Below, one piece after another: positions 40,401-54,779 of a stretch of 64,000 nt of DNA. The first letter of the stretch is position 1. Every line of letters starts with the position of its first letter. The DNA is taken from the NCBI GenBank assembly GCA_965285935.1, contig OZ260666.1, forward strand, positions 7,068,001 to 7,132,000, read 5' to 3'. A program made the position numbers and the translations under genes. Below the pieces are notes generated by a model. The model was not told the origin of the DNA and did no database searches. It was given only the letters and a program-made list of their open reading frames with translations. This DNA is from Ophelia neglecta. Taxonomy: Eukaryota.

Positions 40401-41700
40401 TAAGTTGAATTGTGTTATTATTGTGTTCGTCTCGTGCTAGGAGGTTAGACTCTTGTCATTAGCCTGGCCTTTTGATATTAGATTAGTTACGCTTTGATGC
40501 AGACACATGTCACAGGACCAATAAACATTACATGAAGGAGCAAGTATGAGAATGTCACCTTAGCTCTTTGTTGACCACTGTTTGCTTGGATTGACATTAC
40601 AGTTTTGGGACTGTATCTGACAGATACAGAACTGATGAATTCGGCCCACTTTCATTGATTCTATCTGTTTAAAGAATTTGCACGAGTGCCGAGAAACAAT
40701 TCCCTGATATCCCCAATGTCAGAATACGGAAATCGTTAGCAAGCTAGTCGAGAGGATGCTGGGATTTATGTGCCGTTCAGATGGAGCAGGGGGCCACTTG
40801 GGTGATCACAAAACAATAAACATGAAGGAAAGCACTAACTCCTCGTCTAGGCTTGGAGAAATAAAGCGTTCACATGTGGGGAAACCATAAGAATGCTTGT
40901 GGCCTGTGGCTGCAGGTTCCTGATAATTACAAACACATTTAATGTACTATTCTCGACTAACGATTTTGCTTTTTCTGCCGGGTGTCGACTCCCGTTATTT
41001 ACTTTTTAATTCGGTACTTGAAGAATCGTGGAGTCAATCGGAAATGAAAAATCGGTGTGTCAAGGAAGTAATAAAACAGAATTATGTAGATAGGTACTTT
41101 AATGACATTTTTATTTCAGCTGCTGTGATAAAAATGTTAATGAGATCAGTGAAAGATCGGTGAAAGAATCTTGTGTTGACATTGGAGATGAATAGCTATA
41201 TCTTACAATGAAGATTGATAATGTTGTTGTTGTGTTTATGAATAATGATGTCTGGGTGTAAATGAATAATGGTGTGTGAATGTGAATGAATAATGATGCA
41301 CGAGTGTGAATGAATCAGGATGCATTTTTTGGCAGTCAATCTTCTGGGTTTTTACATACATGCACTTTTCAGGACTACAATCAGTAGCTGCTGCTGATGT
41401 TTCATTATGAGATTGTAGCATTACTTGTTAAGTAAATGATATTGTGGATTTGTTCTTACATGTTGCATAACGAATGAAAATATTCCTGCCAAAGAATACG
41501 AGTTTACCATTTTTCATGTGTATTACGTGTTAATTTTGATGGAGTGTCTTTGATGGCAATACCAACTGATATATTAGTTATTATCAGTTGCAAAATATAT
41601 GGAACCTGTAAATACATATCCTTCTATTGCCAGCCATTTGACATTTGTACTGCTTCTAACTATTATTACCGTTTGCCTAGTCTACGTTACGGCGCCAGGG
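37500..41700 (-). pseudogene. Decayed TRPM-like copy (SLOG to S1), with low-complexity insertions
   Basis: ORF 38245-38595 ILLRICYRSNGLRAK (cf. TRPM2 ECYRKDEERAQK), LVPLLI, LAAFLAYFPIYF; NESGPNS (~40645; cf. EGGP). Confidence 0.5.
39785..40180. repeat. Low-complexity (ACAACG/ACAC)-type degenerate microsatellite
   Basis: Repeated acaacgacac/acatacaaggac units; this explains the spurious ORFs on both strands. Confidence 0.85.
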
Positions 41701-41799
41701 AGTGGTAAACCGGCATCTTGTAGACATTCCGCTCTCTTATCTACAAAACAATCTTGGTCACATGATATTCTGTTTGGCGATGTGGATACCGTAATATAT

Positions 41800-44700
41800 A
41801 TTGTTTTATGACAACTGCAAAGTGAATTATGTTTTTGGTAGCCATCGATAATGTATTCGAACTGCTTTTGGATAAAGTACCTAAATGCAGACTCCACTAG
41901 TTAGAAAATGGGGTAAGATATCGAGCAAATCTCAACAAAACGTAGGTTACTTCACACCGTCTCCTGTGGTAGCTGTAAGGAGTCGCATGCTAATTGGTGA
42001 ACCACAGGAAGTCTCTGGGGTTCTATGAAATAAAGGGGAGCGATAACCTACCTGTAAGGGGAAAACTGTCAACAATGCACACATTACAAAATGTAATGGA
42101 CGACCAGGAACAACTGAATGAAATCGGGAACCATTTACAGGTACACAATTAAAAACGTCTAATATAAACTTAATGACAGGGATATTTAGACTGCGATAAG
42201 GCCCTAGTTCCAATTACATTTAATAGAAAACGGAATTGAAGGAAATGGCCCTACTCTTTAAATTGTGAAATGGCTGAGGTAGAGATAAAAAAGGACGAAT
42301 CCCTCAACCATGTGTAATGAAAACATATTTAAGAGCTATATTGCGAGATCTGAATTGCCTTGTTGGCTCATATAACATTGATGGGTTTCATGGAGAGAGG
42401 GCAGTGATTCTAGCCATTCTGAATTGCCTGTTCGGCTCGCATCAGACTGATGGGGGGGGGGGGGGAGGGAGGTTCTAGACAATATGGATTACATTTTGGA
42501 CTCAGCTTAGAACGGTGGCTATTTCGAAATGTGACCTGTGGTTCTAGGTTGTACGACTTTCCATGTTGGTGTGTCCTATAGCCTTGAGGGAAAACCTGAA
42601 ACATAATAGTGTTAGCGATGGAAGTATTCAGTCAGACGATGCCTGACTACCCCTAACAGCCCTGGAGCTGAGTGCTCAATCAGACGGCGCGTGACAAATC
42701 CTCACAGCCCTGAAGCTTCATTTTCAGTCTGACTGGGCCTGACCTCTGACCCCTAACGAGTTTCTATGAAATTCATTTTGTAATAACATGGGCTTCCGAT
42801 TGTCTTGGGACCTGTGTCTACAGCCGTCCAAACACGTCTGTGGTAAAGTTTTTGATAAAATGTTGTCAAAGGGATTTAAGGCATGCAACTCAGCAATTCA
42901 TAACATCTAGAATTGGGCATTAGGTACCCTAGATGAAGCAGAAGTCATGCGATTGGTTATGGTAGTGAAATGATAACAGTCTGGTGAGGCCCAACATCTA
43001 TACATTTAAAAGATATAGTGAATAAAGATTTTTTAGCATTATTGCGTAAAAATTCAGTTAAAAAATCCCGTCAGCGTTATTCCTCTCTTGAATCACTCTC
43101 TAACAAAACTCAACGCCTTACTTTCCGTAGCAAACCACTCTAACAATTCTCAACTCTTACTTTACCTAGTAAACCACTCTCTAGTAATACACGGGACTGC
43201 ATGTTGATAATACATGCGGAAGGATGGTTGACGAAACTATCTTGGTGTATATTATACTACGACTTAGGTAAATATAAATTTACTGTATACTAACCAAATG
43301 TCACCATTTTACAGATTTAATACGCAGCTTTTCTTGAAAGTAGCAGACTTAGACCTGAAGAAGTCAGCCTAAAATTTATGAAAAGCTTAATCGAATCATT
43401 AAAGGAGAAACGTTGATTGAATCGTTCCGAAATCATTAGTAAATACATTAATAATGCAACAGGATAATTACAAAACGAGCTGCGTGAATAAAGGATGATA
43501 ATAATCAGCTGGTTCTGTGAGGGGGTGGTACGTCATACAGGGCTTACTTAGGTACTGTACGAGGGAGACTAGAGATGTAAAATGTAGAGCGTTAATACTT
43601 GATAGCCTACCTTCTGGGTTAATGTCATCTTTATAGCCTTTTCGTCTGCACATTACATGGGTGCGGATTCCGCCATTAATAATAGATAACTCATCTTCAT
43701 TAATTGTTTAAGAAGTCTCTGGACATCGTCTGCCTGTGTGCAAAACAACACTGGATGGGATTATAGTGAGCAAGCAATAAATCTATACGGTCTAGGAAGA
43801 CTCATCAAACTGTCATTCAAAGCTTATTAAATGTGACGTAAATGAATTTTGACAAATTCTTATAGTCCTTTTATCTCACATACTTATTTACGCATGTTTC
43901 CGAGGCAGACAGTGGTACTTAAGCCCCAGAAGGACGAATAGAACCACATTAGACTTTTTTTTTAGGTTTTTTGATTATTAAATTGTACATTTACTGTCAG
44001 TGCCTTGGCTAATGTAGCTCAAACCTTGTAGCTTGGGATAGGACCCACCTAAGTGCCATAATGAAACGCCATGATATGATGCACACCGCTAATAACTATG
44101 ATATAAAGCTTGTATGATGACTGGGGACTATGGGCAGTCCGCCGGCGAATTCTAACACCCATGCATACGCAGTTTAGTGTAAAGCAATACGGAATTTAAC
44201 GATGTCGTTTAATAGATAAAAGACAAGATTGCTTGATATTAGGTGTGAAACTTGCAATTATAATATCCTTGATATTGGGAGTGGTTTTCGTTTGGCGATC
44301 ACTATGGACTGGGAATGGTTTCCTGTTGGCCATCCCAGGCTACTGGGAATGGTTTGCGTGTGGCGCCTGAAGTATTAATGAAAGATTAGTTGTTAAACGA
44401 TTTGCTTTGTCTGCCGGGGATAGTGTAAATCATTCAGTAAGACAATCGGAAAGGAGGGAATCGTAACTAACATAAAAGAAACTGTGACCAGTCGTTACCA
44501 CATTTCAGCAGGAAACAGACATCACAGTAACTTTCCCCCAACCCCTTATTTTGTACCATGCGATGTATTTTAAATCTCAAGAGAGGAAAAAATACCCAAT
44601 GCTTAACCAGGAATAGTCCATTAATTCTGTCAGAGCCTTCTTATGGGTAAAATAGGAAGCATACGAGTTGTGGAGGATGTGTTCTGATTACGTCTTTTCG

Positions 44701-46377
44701 TACCCCCTTGTCGGGGTTGTCGGTGAGAAGTCACTGACAGGTTGGGTAACCTCTTATCTTACAGAAGTCACTGTTGCAGAGCGATTGTTCCAACGCACGT
44801 CCTGATGAGACTATTAAGCACGTGTCGATCTTGTACGACATTTAGACGACAGACACTCGGCAAGGAGAGAGGAAATATTACCTGTCTGACCTGCCATCAT
44901 CTCTCATACGTATGATTTATGGATGGCGGGTGTCTGCACCCATTAAAGGCGACTCATATTGGCTTCACACGGTAATATACATCATATATCACGCTATTAT
45001 CAGCCACACTGGTACCAGAGCATGCTGTAATGCACTCTGATATGTGAGACTCAGATAGATTTGGCTAACAAAGCTTACCTGGATAAAAACTACTTTCACA
45101 ATGAATTATCCTGTTTATATCTGTACCATATCACCACTGAATATGTTACTGTTAAAGCTGGGAATGTATTCTGTGCAATTTCCGTATCCGGTTCTGTATA
45201 GAGCTCTCCGTGAGATGTAAAGCTCCAACTGTCGCGCTGGTCTTATAATTCCTGATGTTTGACCTTGAGTGTTTAATATGCACGCCGTCCGATTAGTTCT
45301 TGTTTTAGTATCAATGCCTTGCAAATTTATTTAGAAGTAATATACTGGGGATTTAAGTTTGTTGTCCTGCAAAAGACTGTTGAATAACACATAAATACTG
45401 CCTGATGAATTCGGACATTATTTATGAATGGCCATTTCTTCCAGGTATCCCTTCCCATTCTTACCAAGTGTTAAAATAGCAACTTGTCCATTGACTTTCA
45501 TTTAACAGACAAATGTAAGTCAATTAAGTTTACACAATGAGGAAAAATCACTAAGCGTGTTTTTGAACTGAGTAATAGCCTATTCAGTGATTAAATGTAG
45601 AAGTTTCAGCTCATCAATATTTCAAAATGGGGGTTTATGACATGCCCCATATGACCTAGTGCCTCTGCCTAATGAGAATGTGATATACGTTATACAAATC
45701 AAACACCACCGAACGGTACCTGCCATTGCCTAATCATTCTATATTTTGGATATGCCAGGGATCAAGGAAACACACGGACCGAGACATTATATTTATCATT
45801 AAAAGACACATAAAGTAGAAGACTGTATTAGTTACAACTCCAAAAAAGACATGACGTCAATGCAAACACAGATTTTGGCAGTGCGTTGTGAATTACTGAT
45901 TAAAATCGGAAACTCTCCAATGAGAACTTTGTCAAAGTGGGAGAATTCATTTGGGAATCTGATTTAATCCTTTTGTACTGTGTCCTGACAGTGTTTCAGT
46001 TGCTTTGTTCGGTGGACTCCATATTTACTCGTCCGACCAAACAGAGTTCCTCTGTCGTTGGCGTTGTTACATCCGGGTCTGGTAGTAACACCTGCTCGCT
46101 AGATAGTATGTCCTGATTTTATCACGACTAGGTGTCCCAGTAAATGGCAGGTGTCTTGGACATGGTAGCCGTACATATGTCATTTGCGCGTTCACTGCGC
46201 TATGTGCAGTTGCTGATGCTATAAACTATAGAGCTCTCGGAGCCGAGCGCCGATGTCCAAACGTCCTGCAGCAGACCCCCAGAACGCGGTGTTTGGTTAT
46301 AACACGGCTACACGCCACTAGAACTACACTTCTCACCCAGACAGGTCTAGTGGATCTTACTGCCCAGGACAACTAAG
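41800..46377 (-). pseudogene. Decayed TRPM2-like copy H (SLOG to NUDT9-H)
   Basis: FLDPWH (~45760); EEMAIH..EFIRQYL (45390-45440); PARQLELY; LLAECL (~44855; cf. LL.ECY); LIR..WNN; LGPYRSLNIPVIK and GRPLHFV (ORF 41947-42213; cf. NUDT9 WGPNH..DPIITRW, ILQFV). Confidence 0.6.
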
Positions 46378-46599
46378 GTATTTTTACTGTATGTTATCTA
46401 TAATACCATTATTATGTTATATATTTAAGTTGATTAATACCTTTAATTGATTGCAAGCTGTGTGCCGTTGTGTTGACTATACACTATGCTAAGTTTCTAA
46501 GATATTGCTTAAGCGTGAGACATATAAGGAAGAGGAGAGCTAGTTGTTTTGTTTAAAAGATATGTGAGGAAACGTTAGAGGTACTTTTGCTTTCTTGGA

Positions 46600-47600
46600 A
46601 CTTGGAGTAGCATAGCGCTGTGGTCGGTCGAGGTAACATATCCAGCCTACGGAATTCTGACACATTACAGTCAGCTCGAACCTCTCAAAATAGATATATG
46701 TGGTCACTTGATGGTCAGGTTATCGGTGTAGATTCCTTTGTATGGTTTGAGTTAACAACTAAGAGAGGTCCTTACCTTGTCTATATCCCGTCGCCGATAT
46801 TAGTTTTCACCATAATAGCTATAGAAGGCTCAGGATAACATTGCAGAGCGTTGGATCTGCATGCATATGAGTGGTGCCCTTACTGGCTAAGTTAGTATTT
46901 GTTAGTACAGGAAAAACGTAGTATTGGTCGAAAAGTCAAATAACCGGTATCACCTCTATTCTCTCGCATTGTTTCCAAGAAAGAGGTTAATATGATGTTT
47001 TGATAGTTGAGACTGCAGCAATGTCCGTCCACAATAAATAATGTTTGATGGCTTTGACTACTGAAGTTAGACAGTATCGGATACCCGGCAGATATAGCAG
47101 TATCAGTACGACAGTCTGTTAAATCAGTCCAAACTCAGCTGGCAGCCCAGACACACCAATCACCAGTTTCCTTACTGCATGTGGGCTTGTTACGACATAT
47201 CAATTGAAAAATTATGTTGATATAATTTGCGATGGGAATATAGTCAGACGTGTTCCATCCTACGTACATGGACCTGTGTCTGCCGGCTAATTTCCTACCC
47301 ATTTCAATGGAGCATTCTTCTGTAATGGTTTTGATTTGTCCGCTGGGTATCCGATCCCTCCACATTCAGGGAGGTACTGTTAGTCAGTTAATATTCACAT
47401 ATACACATCATCGCGAAAGTGGGGGCAGAATGAACATGATTGCATCCCAGGGACACATTTAGGACTACATGTATATGTAAAGGCTGCTTACAGAGGCTCA
47501 GGTAGCGTAGATGGGGTATGTGGTTAGTCAGCGGGTGTGTTCTGTTCTTACTGGGTTTAGTCACTGGCTGCCACATACGTCTGCTTAAGGCATCTTTATA
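46600..47600 (-). pseudogene. TRPM-like SLOG fragment (copy I)
   Basis: WQP..HPLT; LVIGVS; QSHQTLFIVDG (~47025-47056; cf. NHSHFILVDDG); VIPVI (~46945). Nucleotide similarity to 30020-30230. Confidence 0.55.
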
Positions 47601-49204
47601 GTTATTGGCTGAAGCAGCTCAGGGACGATCAGTGTATCGTAATAAAGCCAAACATTATATTATATGGCAGAAAGTACACGCACATTTTATATTCCATATG
47701 ATCTATTTGTTGAGGATTGACGCAGCACAGCCGAACTAGGATCCCTCTACAGCAAAGCAGTATACCCTGCAGAAGGTCAACATCATATATTTAAAACGTT
47801 TTATGCGAAGTACTCAACAGAACTCTCCCAATATGAGGTGTTTTTTATGAACAGGTATAATGTGTATTAAATCCAGGGCTTCATAGTAATAAATTCAATA
47901 CAGCCTAAGGCTGGCCTCGGCAGAGTACGATTTGGTACAGCCTTAGCACAGCCTAGGACTGGCCTCGGCAGGATGCCACCTGGCCATCAGCATAATTAAA
48001 CGGAAGAGGTGATAAATACTCTAATAACTGTTATCAGATTAAAATTACAATACTATAAAATGAATTATAAACCTCCCCAAGCATATATATTGGGATATAT
48101 CAAAACTTTTAAGTGCTTGCGCTAGTCCATGGTGATGAGTGTGTACACATGAAGCATGATATTTGCTGCTGCATTTCTAAGAAGTTATTAACTTTACATT
48201 GGTTTAATTAAAAATTAAAAGCAGGTAAAGTTCGATAGGATAGATAACGTTCTCGATGATTATCCAATTTTGGTTTTGCCCGTATTCAGTCCCATATTCC
48301 CCGATTATTCATTTAAGTTCGGTTAGCAGCTTTCCTCCAGAATTGACGTTGATATGACGCACGCCACATAGCTATGATTCATGGCCTTTTGATGGCTAGC
48401 CGGGAACCATTTGCGGTCGAAATGCCCGGCAACTTGATAGATAGGAGTCCGAGGCCGTTGTTTTTCCTGGTAATCGCCGGACGCTGACCTAGCAGCCCAA
48501 GCCAGTTTATCACCCCAGTCAGTCGAGAGTCTCTGACATCTATGAGCTCGTCACTTCGGGAAGAGTTATGCATACGGTTTTCGACTGCATGATAACCCAC
48601 CATCAATTAACGTTTGTTTTTTGAGGACTCGAAATCTTGTCTGAAAAAAAATTCAAAGTTAATGGCTGATTATTTGAGACACTAGACACTAAAGCATTCG
48701 TAAACCATGTTAAGTATCTTTAAACATACTTATATCCTTTCCTACAAACAATTTACCTAAAATCAATATAATATATTTCCTAAGAAATCAATCTTTGTTC
48801 TCCGTCAGATACAAAATTTCATTTCGAAAATATATGGAGAAATGTGACTCGCGAAGCTTCCCTGCTCTTCAATATTTCCAGGGTAACATTTTCATTGGCT
48901 CTAAACTTAAACTTGTCATTAATACTGCAGAAACTGCCTGTCTAATTTATTCCAGGAATGCGGTTTGTAGGAAAATGTTGACTATACTTAAATTTTAAAT
49001 GTGTTGGTCCGGTCAAACTGCCTATTATATAGAGGTGATGTTTATGATTGAGTGAACGAACCACAAGTGCCTATTCCACGATGGCTCACTACATTCAGGT
49101 TATTGGCCTGTTACCTTAAATAGATTGTCAAACACTGCCTGTAATATTAGCCGCTAGCTGAGCTCTTAAACTAGGGGTCGGAGGGGGACAAAAGCCTGGA
49201 ACAT

Positions 49205-49515
49205 AAACCAGCTGGCCCACCAGCCTCCATACAGATGTGACATAAATTAAGGAGACATAATCAAGCTAGACCACCAGCTTCCATGCAGATAAGACACAAA
49301 CTAAGGGAGAAATAATGCAGCAAGGCCTCCAGCCTACATTTAGATGTGACATATATTTAGGAGATATAATCCAGCAAGGTCCCCAGCCTCCATATAAATG
49401 TGCCATATGTTAGGGGAAGCATCATCCAGCTAAGCCCGCTGCCTCCATACAGATGTGACATATGATAAGGGAGTAATAATTACGCCAAACCTCCAGGCCA
49501 TTCCTATGTGACATG
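49205..49515. repeat. ~55-bp minisatellite, 5-6 copies
   Basis: Repeated ccagcctccatacagatgtgacata...ggaga.ataat. Confidence 0.85.
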
Positions 49516-52179
49516 GTAAAATATGGAAATTCTTTTTATACAGAATATGTAACGCCATTTATATCAACCAAAATTACAGTATCTAAAAGTAATCCATCAG
49601 TAAAAATAATAAAGTCGTGCCCCATTAAAGGCAGGTTATTACAGACACGAATATTGAAAGTTGACGGTAGAGATCCTCTGTCGTTTGGCTTCAAACGTAG
49701 GGATGAATCCGCCATGACCTGTCTGTGCAGGGAAAAGTGTGGAAATACTGCAGCACATGATTGTGCGCCCCTTCTCGGTATATAATCCGTTTATTTATTT
49801 TTATTAGTAAAGTATATTAGAAAAGCGTCATCATTAAATTGATCATCCATTCTGTATAATTGGCTATTATCATATAATAATGTTTAATGATGTGTAAAAA
49901 AAAGTAGGCATTTAAATGATGCATAATATCACATTGATGCTGAAAGGTGCGTTCCATTCAGGCTTGACCAAACATGGAATATTTCCAATATAGAGCGGGT
50001 GTTGAAACATGACCGCCAAACAAAATTTGTTTTTTTTTTCTGAAATGAGCAAGGCTCAGAACATGCCAATCCATATTACCTGCCTTATAAACAAGACATT
50101 AACCAGATAATCATAATACTAAATAGAACAATAATAAACATATTTCAGTTGCCGAAAAGCCCCATACAGGTCGGTAGCCGCCTATAGGGTTATTAGGATA
50201 AGCACGCCGGTCCTTAATGGATATACGACAAGCAAAACCATACCAAATCCCGAGGCTGTCTGGCCCGATACGAACCTTAATGAGACTAGACACCTTATAT
50301 ATTAAAATGTCAGGGAAGATAAATCGCACAACCACTATGCTTGTCATCACAGTAAATGTATACCAGCCTTAATAGGTCTCGTGGTGGATGAAATGTTCAC
50401 CATATTAAATATCAAGTCTTATCGGACAACTGGCTACGTCATTCAACCCCATGTGGAAGACAATTTTGTGTCGACATGGCCAGATGTAGGCACTGTGAAT
50501 CAGGAAAAGTCCTCAAACAGGGAATCTCAATGGATGGGTATTTTAGCGAATAAGTTTCAATTGCGCTGTTTTAAGAGTAGTATGGGTTGAATCAGCGAAA
50601 GTATAAGTCGTAGAAAATGCAAATGGGTAGCTCCGTAATCTACAATAAAGCTCTTTTTATATCCTAACGCTTGGTTCACAGGTTTGTATTGTGTAAATGG
50701 GTTAGCCCAGAGCTAACATTATGTTAGTATATGCCGCTGTGGCTACGCCTTCGGCCTCCGACGACTTCACGAAGCCCCCTGCTTGGGCATTCCCTACGTC
50801 TTATAAATTAGCGCTAGGTTTTACAGGTAACCAGTTTGTATCCACAGTTAATCAGAGTTTCTTCCTAGGCACTGCCTGGAGTATTTATCATTATTATTAT
50901 TATTTACTATTATTTATTTTCTAGTTTTCCTTTATGAACATTACAGCGACTCACTTACGTAGTCACATTGATTAAAATCAAGCATATTTGTTTTAAATAT
51001 TCAAATTATACGAATGGGAATACGAATAAATTAGTGCTCTTTTATTCTTGAGTCTGTGTCTTCACCGATCCCTTGATAGAATGTATTGCAAAAATCATCA
51101 CAGTGTCTCTCCCGGGTCACCGTGTTTCTAATAACCTGTTTCTAACGCCGTGGTTATAACACCGTGATTATAACACCGTGTTTATGACAAATGTTCGGCC
51201 AGCTTTGGCGTGTCATCAAATGATTCGTGAGAGACAATTCGCCAAGGCGATTCTAAAAGCGTGCACATCTACCAGTAATGGAAAGCAAAGCCATCTCTTA
51301 TTCAGTAAATGGCCCCCATGTGACTTTTCCAGCATCTTTTCTACTCTAATGGCTCTTCTAAGAATGTATTGTCTGGGTAGGAACCTGGGAATACACTGTC
51401 AAAGTACTGAATTGGTATGAATGCGTGTATACTCTGCCGAAACAAAACATAGGACAGTTCGAGGAAGATGTCAGACTCTAATGGAGACAGTGGTGACATT
51501 TCTTTGGTGACATAATTTACTCTTACCGATTTAATATCAACACTGATATGTTTGATATTTTGTCTGAAAAATACGTATTGAAGTCTAACCCGTTGCCCGT
51601 GGCCATCTGCTTACGGTGCGGTTGGCTGACGTGTGTACGGACCTTGTGTGTTGCGCGGCCATACACTCGGCTTGTAGCTAGACATGGAGATGACAGCTCC
51701 TTGTCAGAGCCATGAAAGTAGTGCCTCTTGGCGCCTTCACTCAGAAAGCCTATAATAAAATTGGAAAACAATTTGATGCGAGGTACGGTTATGTGCCCCC
51801 AGGACAAACATGGGTTATAGAGATGTCAAATAAGAAGCCAATGGCTTCTTAAAAGTCAGACAGTTACTCAGAAAAAAGGCTGAGTTGTTATTGATTACAT
51901 GAACACCAGACCGAAGTTTGGTATTTTAAGTATGTCGTTTCTCATTCCCAAGGCGACTGGAGGCATAACTCTGTGAAAGTGTTGAGCCAGACGAGTCAAG
52001 GCTGATTGGGGAGGAGCGGCCAAGACTAGTTTGCCCGTAAGTCTAACAACAATGGGAGTACATACCCTGTAGACAATCAAAAACCTAGTCGGGAAAATCC
52101 ATTAAATCTGTCCAAATTCATCAAAACCCGTCAGCTTAATATCAGAGAAGTCGAGAAAACAAATATATATATATCCATA

Positions 52180-52435
52180 GCAGCCCTGACACTGGGACTT
52201 GTACTAGCATGGACTCCTTATCAGCGGTAACACTAGGACTGGTGCGAGCATGGACTCCACCGCCAACACCCGGCCTGTTACGTGCATGGACTCCTTATCA
52301 CAGCTGACACTGTGGCTGTTATGACCGTGGACTCTTTATCACAGCTCACACAGGGATGGTTTCAAGCATAGACTCCATATCATCGCTAATAATAGGACTG
52401 TTCCGAGTATGGACTCCAAATCATCGCTAACACTG
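52180..52435. repeat. ~39-bp minisatellite, ~6 copies
   Basis: Repeated gcatggactcc(t)tatca..gct.acact.ggact. Confidence 0.8.
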
Positions 52436-53824
52436 ATTCGGTAACGAAGTTTGACCCGAGTTGTGCAGTCCGTCAATCCCGAAAATAGCGCCAATGTAAT
52501 TCTAAGCAGTCCCTTCACAGCTTTATTTTCGTACAAAGGAGAGTCCCCCCCCCTCTCCGCTCCTCTTTTCAACCACTGGCCCCCTCTCCTAGCTGCCCAC
52601 CCCCCCCCTCTTCCGACCTGCCAGCTTCCAGACCATTGCCCCTCCAGCCATCGACATACCATTGGGTACCAATGTCTCTCCGCTTGGCCTCTATCGGATA
52701 TTACTTCCTTACTGGGATCGTCTGCGTTCAAATATTGCTTCGGCATAGAAAAGCTATAAGACCTCGGCGAAAATCTATCAGACTTCATGTCTGCGCTCTG
52801 AGTCTAGGAATGTCCGAGCACCATCCAAAAAAGAAACCATTGAGCCCCGCCTACGGAACGAACGGGAAACCTGACATCAGGAGGAAGTCAATGATCCCTG
52901 AGGGCAGAAAATAGGCAATGTGAACCAACCGCAAGAGATAAAATCTTAAGGACCTGAACAATATTCTGTCACTTTTAAATAGACGTTGGTAGCCCCATAA
53001 GCCTTATTGGCCAACGTAAATTAGACCGCGTTTATTTTTGCTCTCTTTAGGTAGATAAAGGTCACAAAAATGCGAAGTTGAACGCAATAAGGTTGACCAC
53101 GTCACCCGAGATGTCAGCAGAGTCGATCACTGATCTCATGATATCATTTTTTGATGAGCCAATCAGGAGTCCAAGTCGGCGCTCATTATGCTTATAACTC
53201 ATTGTACCAAGGTTACAACTGTCTTTATACAGGTTGTTACTCATTACCAAGATTATCAGTCATTGTGCCAAGGTTATAGCTGTCTTTATGTAGGTTATTT
53301 CTGATTAGTAAGATTGTGATCACTCATTTTGGCTGGGTTATAGCTGCCTTTATGCAGGCTTTCAAACATTCTACTAAGGTTATCATTGATTTTATCAAAG
53401 ATATATGACATTACATTTATCATCTATAAACACACGACTCCTCATAAGCCCTACCAAGCAGCTCAAGCCCGGGGCACATTTCCTACAGCCGATTGATTCT
53501 GATTGGCAGGGGTCACCTAGATGGGTGGCCAGGCCTGGTGGCTTTATGAAATAGCCGCCGGGATCGTGTACAGATTGGAAAATAAGCCATTGAGAGCCGC
53601 AGCCATAATCTGTTGATGACGTCTGTCCGCTCATGTCGAGGACAAAGAGGGAGCGGGTGACCAATCATCACATCCCTGAGGTCCATCGCACTCAGGTTTT
53701 TGAACTAACTACTTATGGCTGAACAAACGCAGGGAGACATTCTAGCCTTTAGCCCCCTCACAAGTCATGTCGTTGGGTCTGGAGGAAATAAATGTGGAAA
53801 TAGTCAATCAGCTATCGGAGTAGA

Positions 53825-54700
53825 ATGTCACTGTGACCTGAGTGCTACAGCCTTCGCAACGATTCATATGACCGGCGTGAAAGGGCACTGTCCAGCATGT
53901 CGTGTGCCCTGAATGGAAAATACTTCTTCTCAGCGAGTCATGTGACCTGAGTGAGAGTACACCTGCCCAGCAGGTCATGTGCCCTGAATGGAAAGAATAG
54001 CCTTCCCAGTGGGTCATGTGACCCATGTTTAGGGGTTTGACCTGCCCATCCAGTCATGTGACGGGTATGGACACCTGGCTGCAAGAGCAAAGTCATTAAG
54101 CGAGTAAAGTCCAATCAATCGGTCCTAATTTATCAGGAACCAGCCGTCGTAGTCCTAAATGTATATGTATATATGAATATACGTATTTATTGATATCAGT
54201 TATAAATACAAGATAAAGAAAACGGGAGTAGGTCTCATAGCAATGTGATAATACAAATAGTAAATATACAGTGAAACTTGTCTATTAAGGTCAGTCAAGG
54301 GACTGGCTTAAAGTGACCACATTAGCAAAGTGCCCTTATCTGGCAAGTCAATTTTCTTGGTTGTAAACGGCGAAGGGCTAAAAAAGCATTACCTTCATGG
54401 GCAGGCGACCGCTAAGACAGGTTACCGCTAAGACAGGTTTTGACTGTACATAAAAATACTAGGAATAATAAAAGCTATATATGTGGCCTGCGTGAATTGG
54501 TACAATCTGCCCAACAAGGATTGTGACCTGCATGGAAGGATACAGCACGCCCATCAGGTCATGTGACGTCCGTTGAAGGGTTCGGTCTGCCCAGCCAGTC
54601 AATGGCCTGCCTGCCTGCTAGGATTCAATCTACCCAGCTATTCGTGTGCCTTGTATATTTGGGTTAAGTCTGCCTAACGAGTTACGTTGCCTGTATTGAG
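53825..54700. repeat. ~39-bp degenerate minisatellite split by an insertion containing a MITE
   Basis: Repeated gtcatgtg(a/c)cctgaatgg...cctgccca at 53830-54070 and 54480-54700. Confidence 0.7.
54269..54446. mobile_element. MITE (CAGTGAAAC family, divergent subfamily)
   Basis: TA|CAGTGAAACTTGTCT...AGACAGGTTTTGACTG|TA; 178 bp. Confidence 0.8.
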
Positions 54701-54779
54701 AGGTAGAGGCTGTCGAGGAATGAGACTTGTGAGTACAATACCTCAAAACTAATTCCCATTCAATCCGAGTTCTTTTCAG

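Larger units (their letters stand above)
48300..53300 (-). pseudogene. Decayed TRPM2-like copy J (SLOG to NUDT9-H)
   Basis: RGLIYVGQ (~53010-53030; cf. TRPM2 RGLVKVAQ); TDCTTRVKLR; TPIVVRLTG; VVRFIF..RIGP and YRPVWG (ORF 50111-50350); TGVINWLGLLGQRPAITRK..LAIKR (ORF 48379-48606; NUDT9-H). Confidence 0.68.

Noticed and set aside
44795-44835. Hammerhead ribozyme (ctgatgagac...gtcgatc)
   Set aside because: There is no GAAA core or stems I/III, and the minus strand reads as TRPM MHR4.
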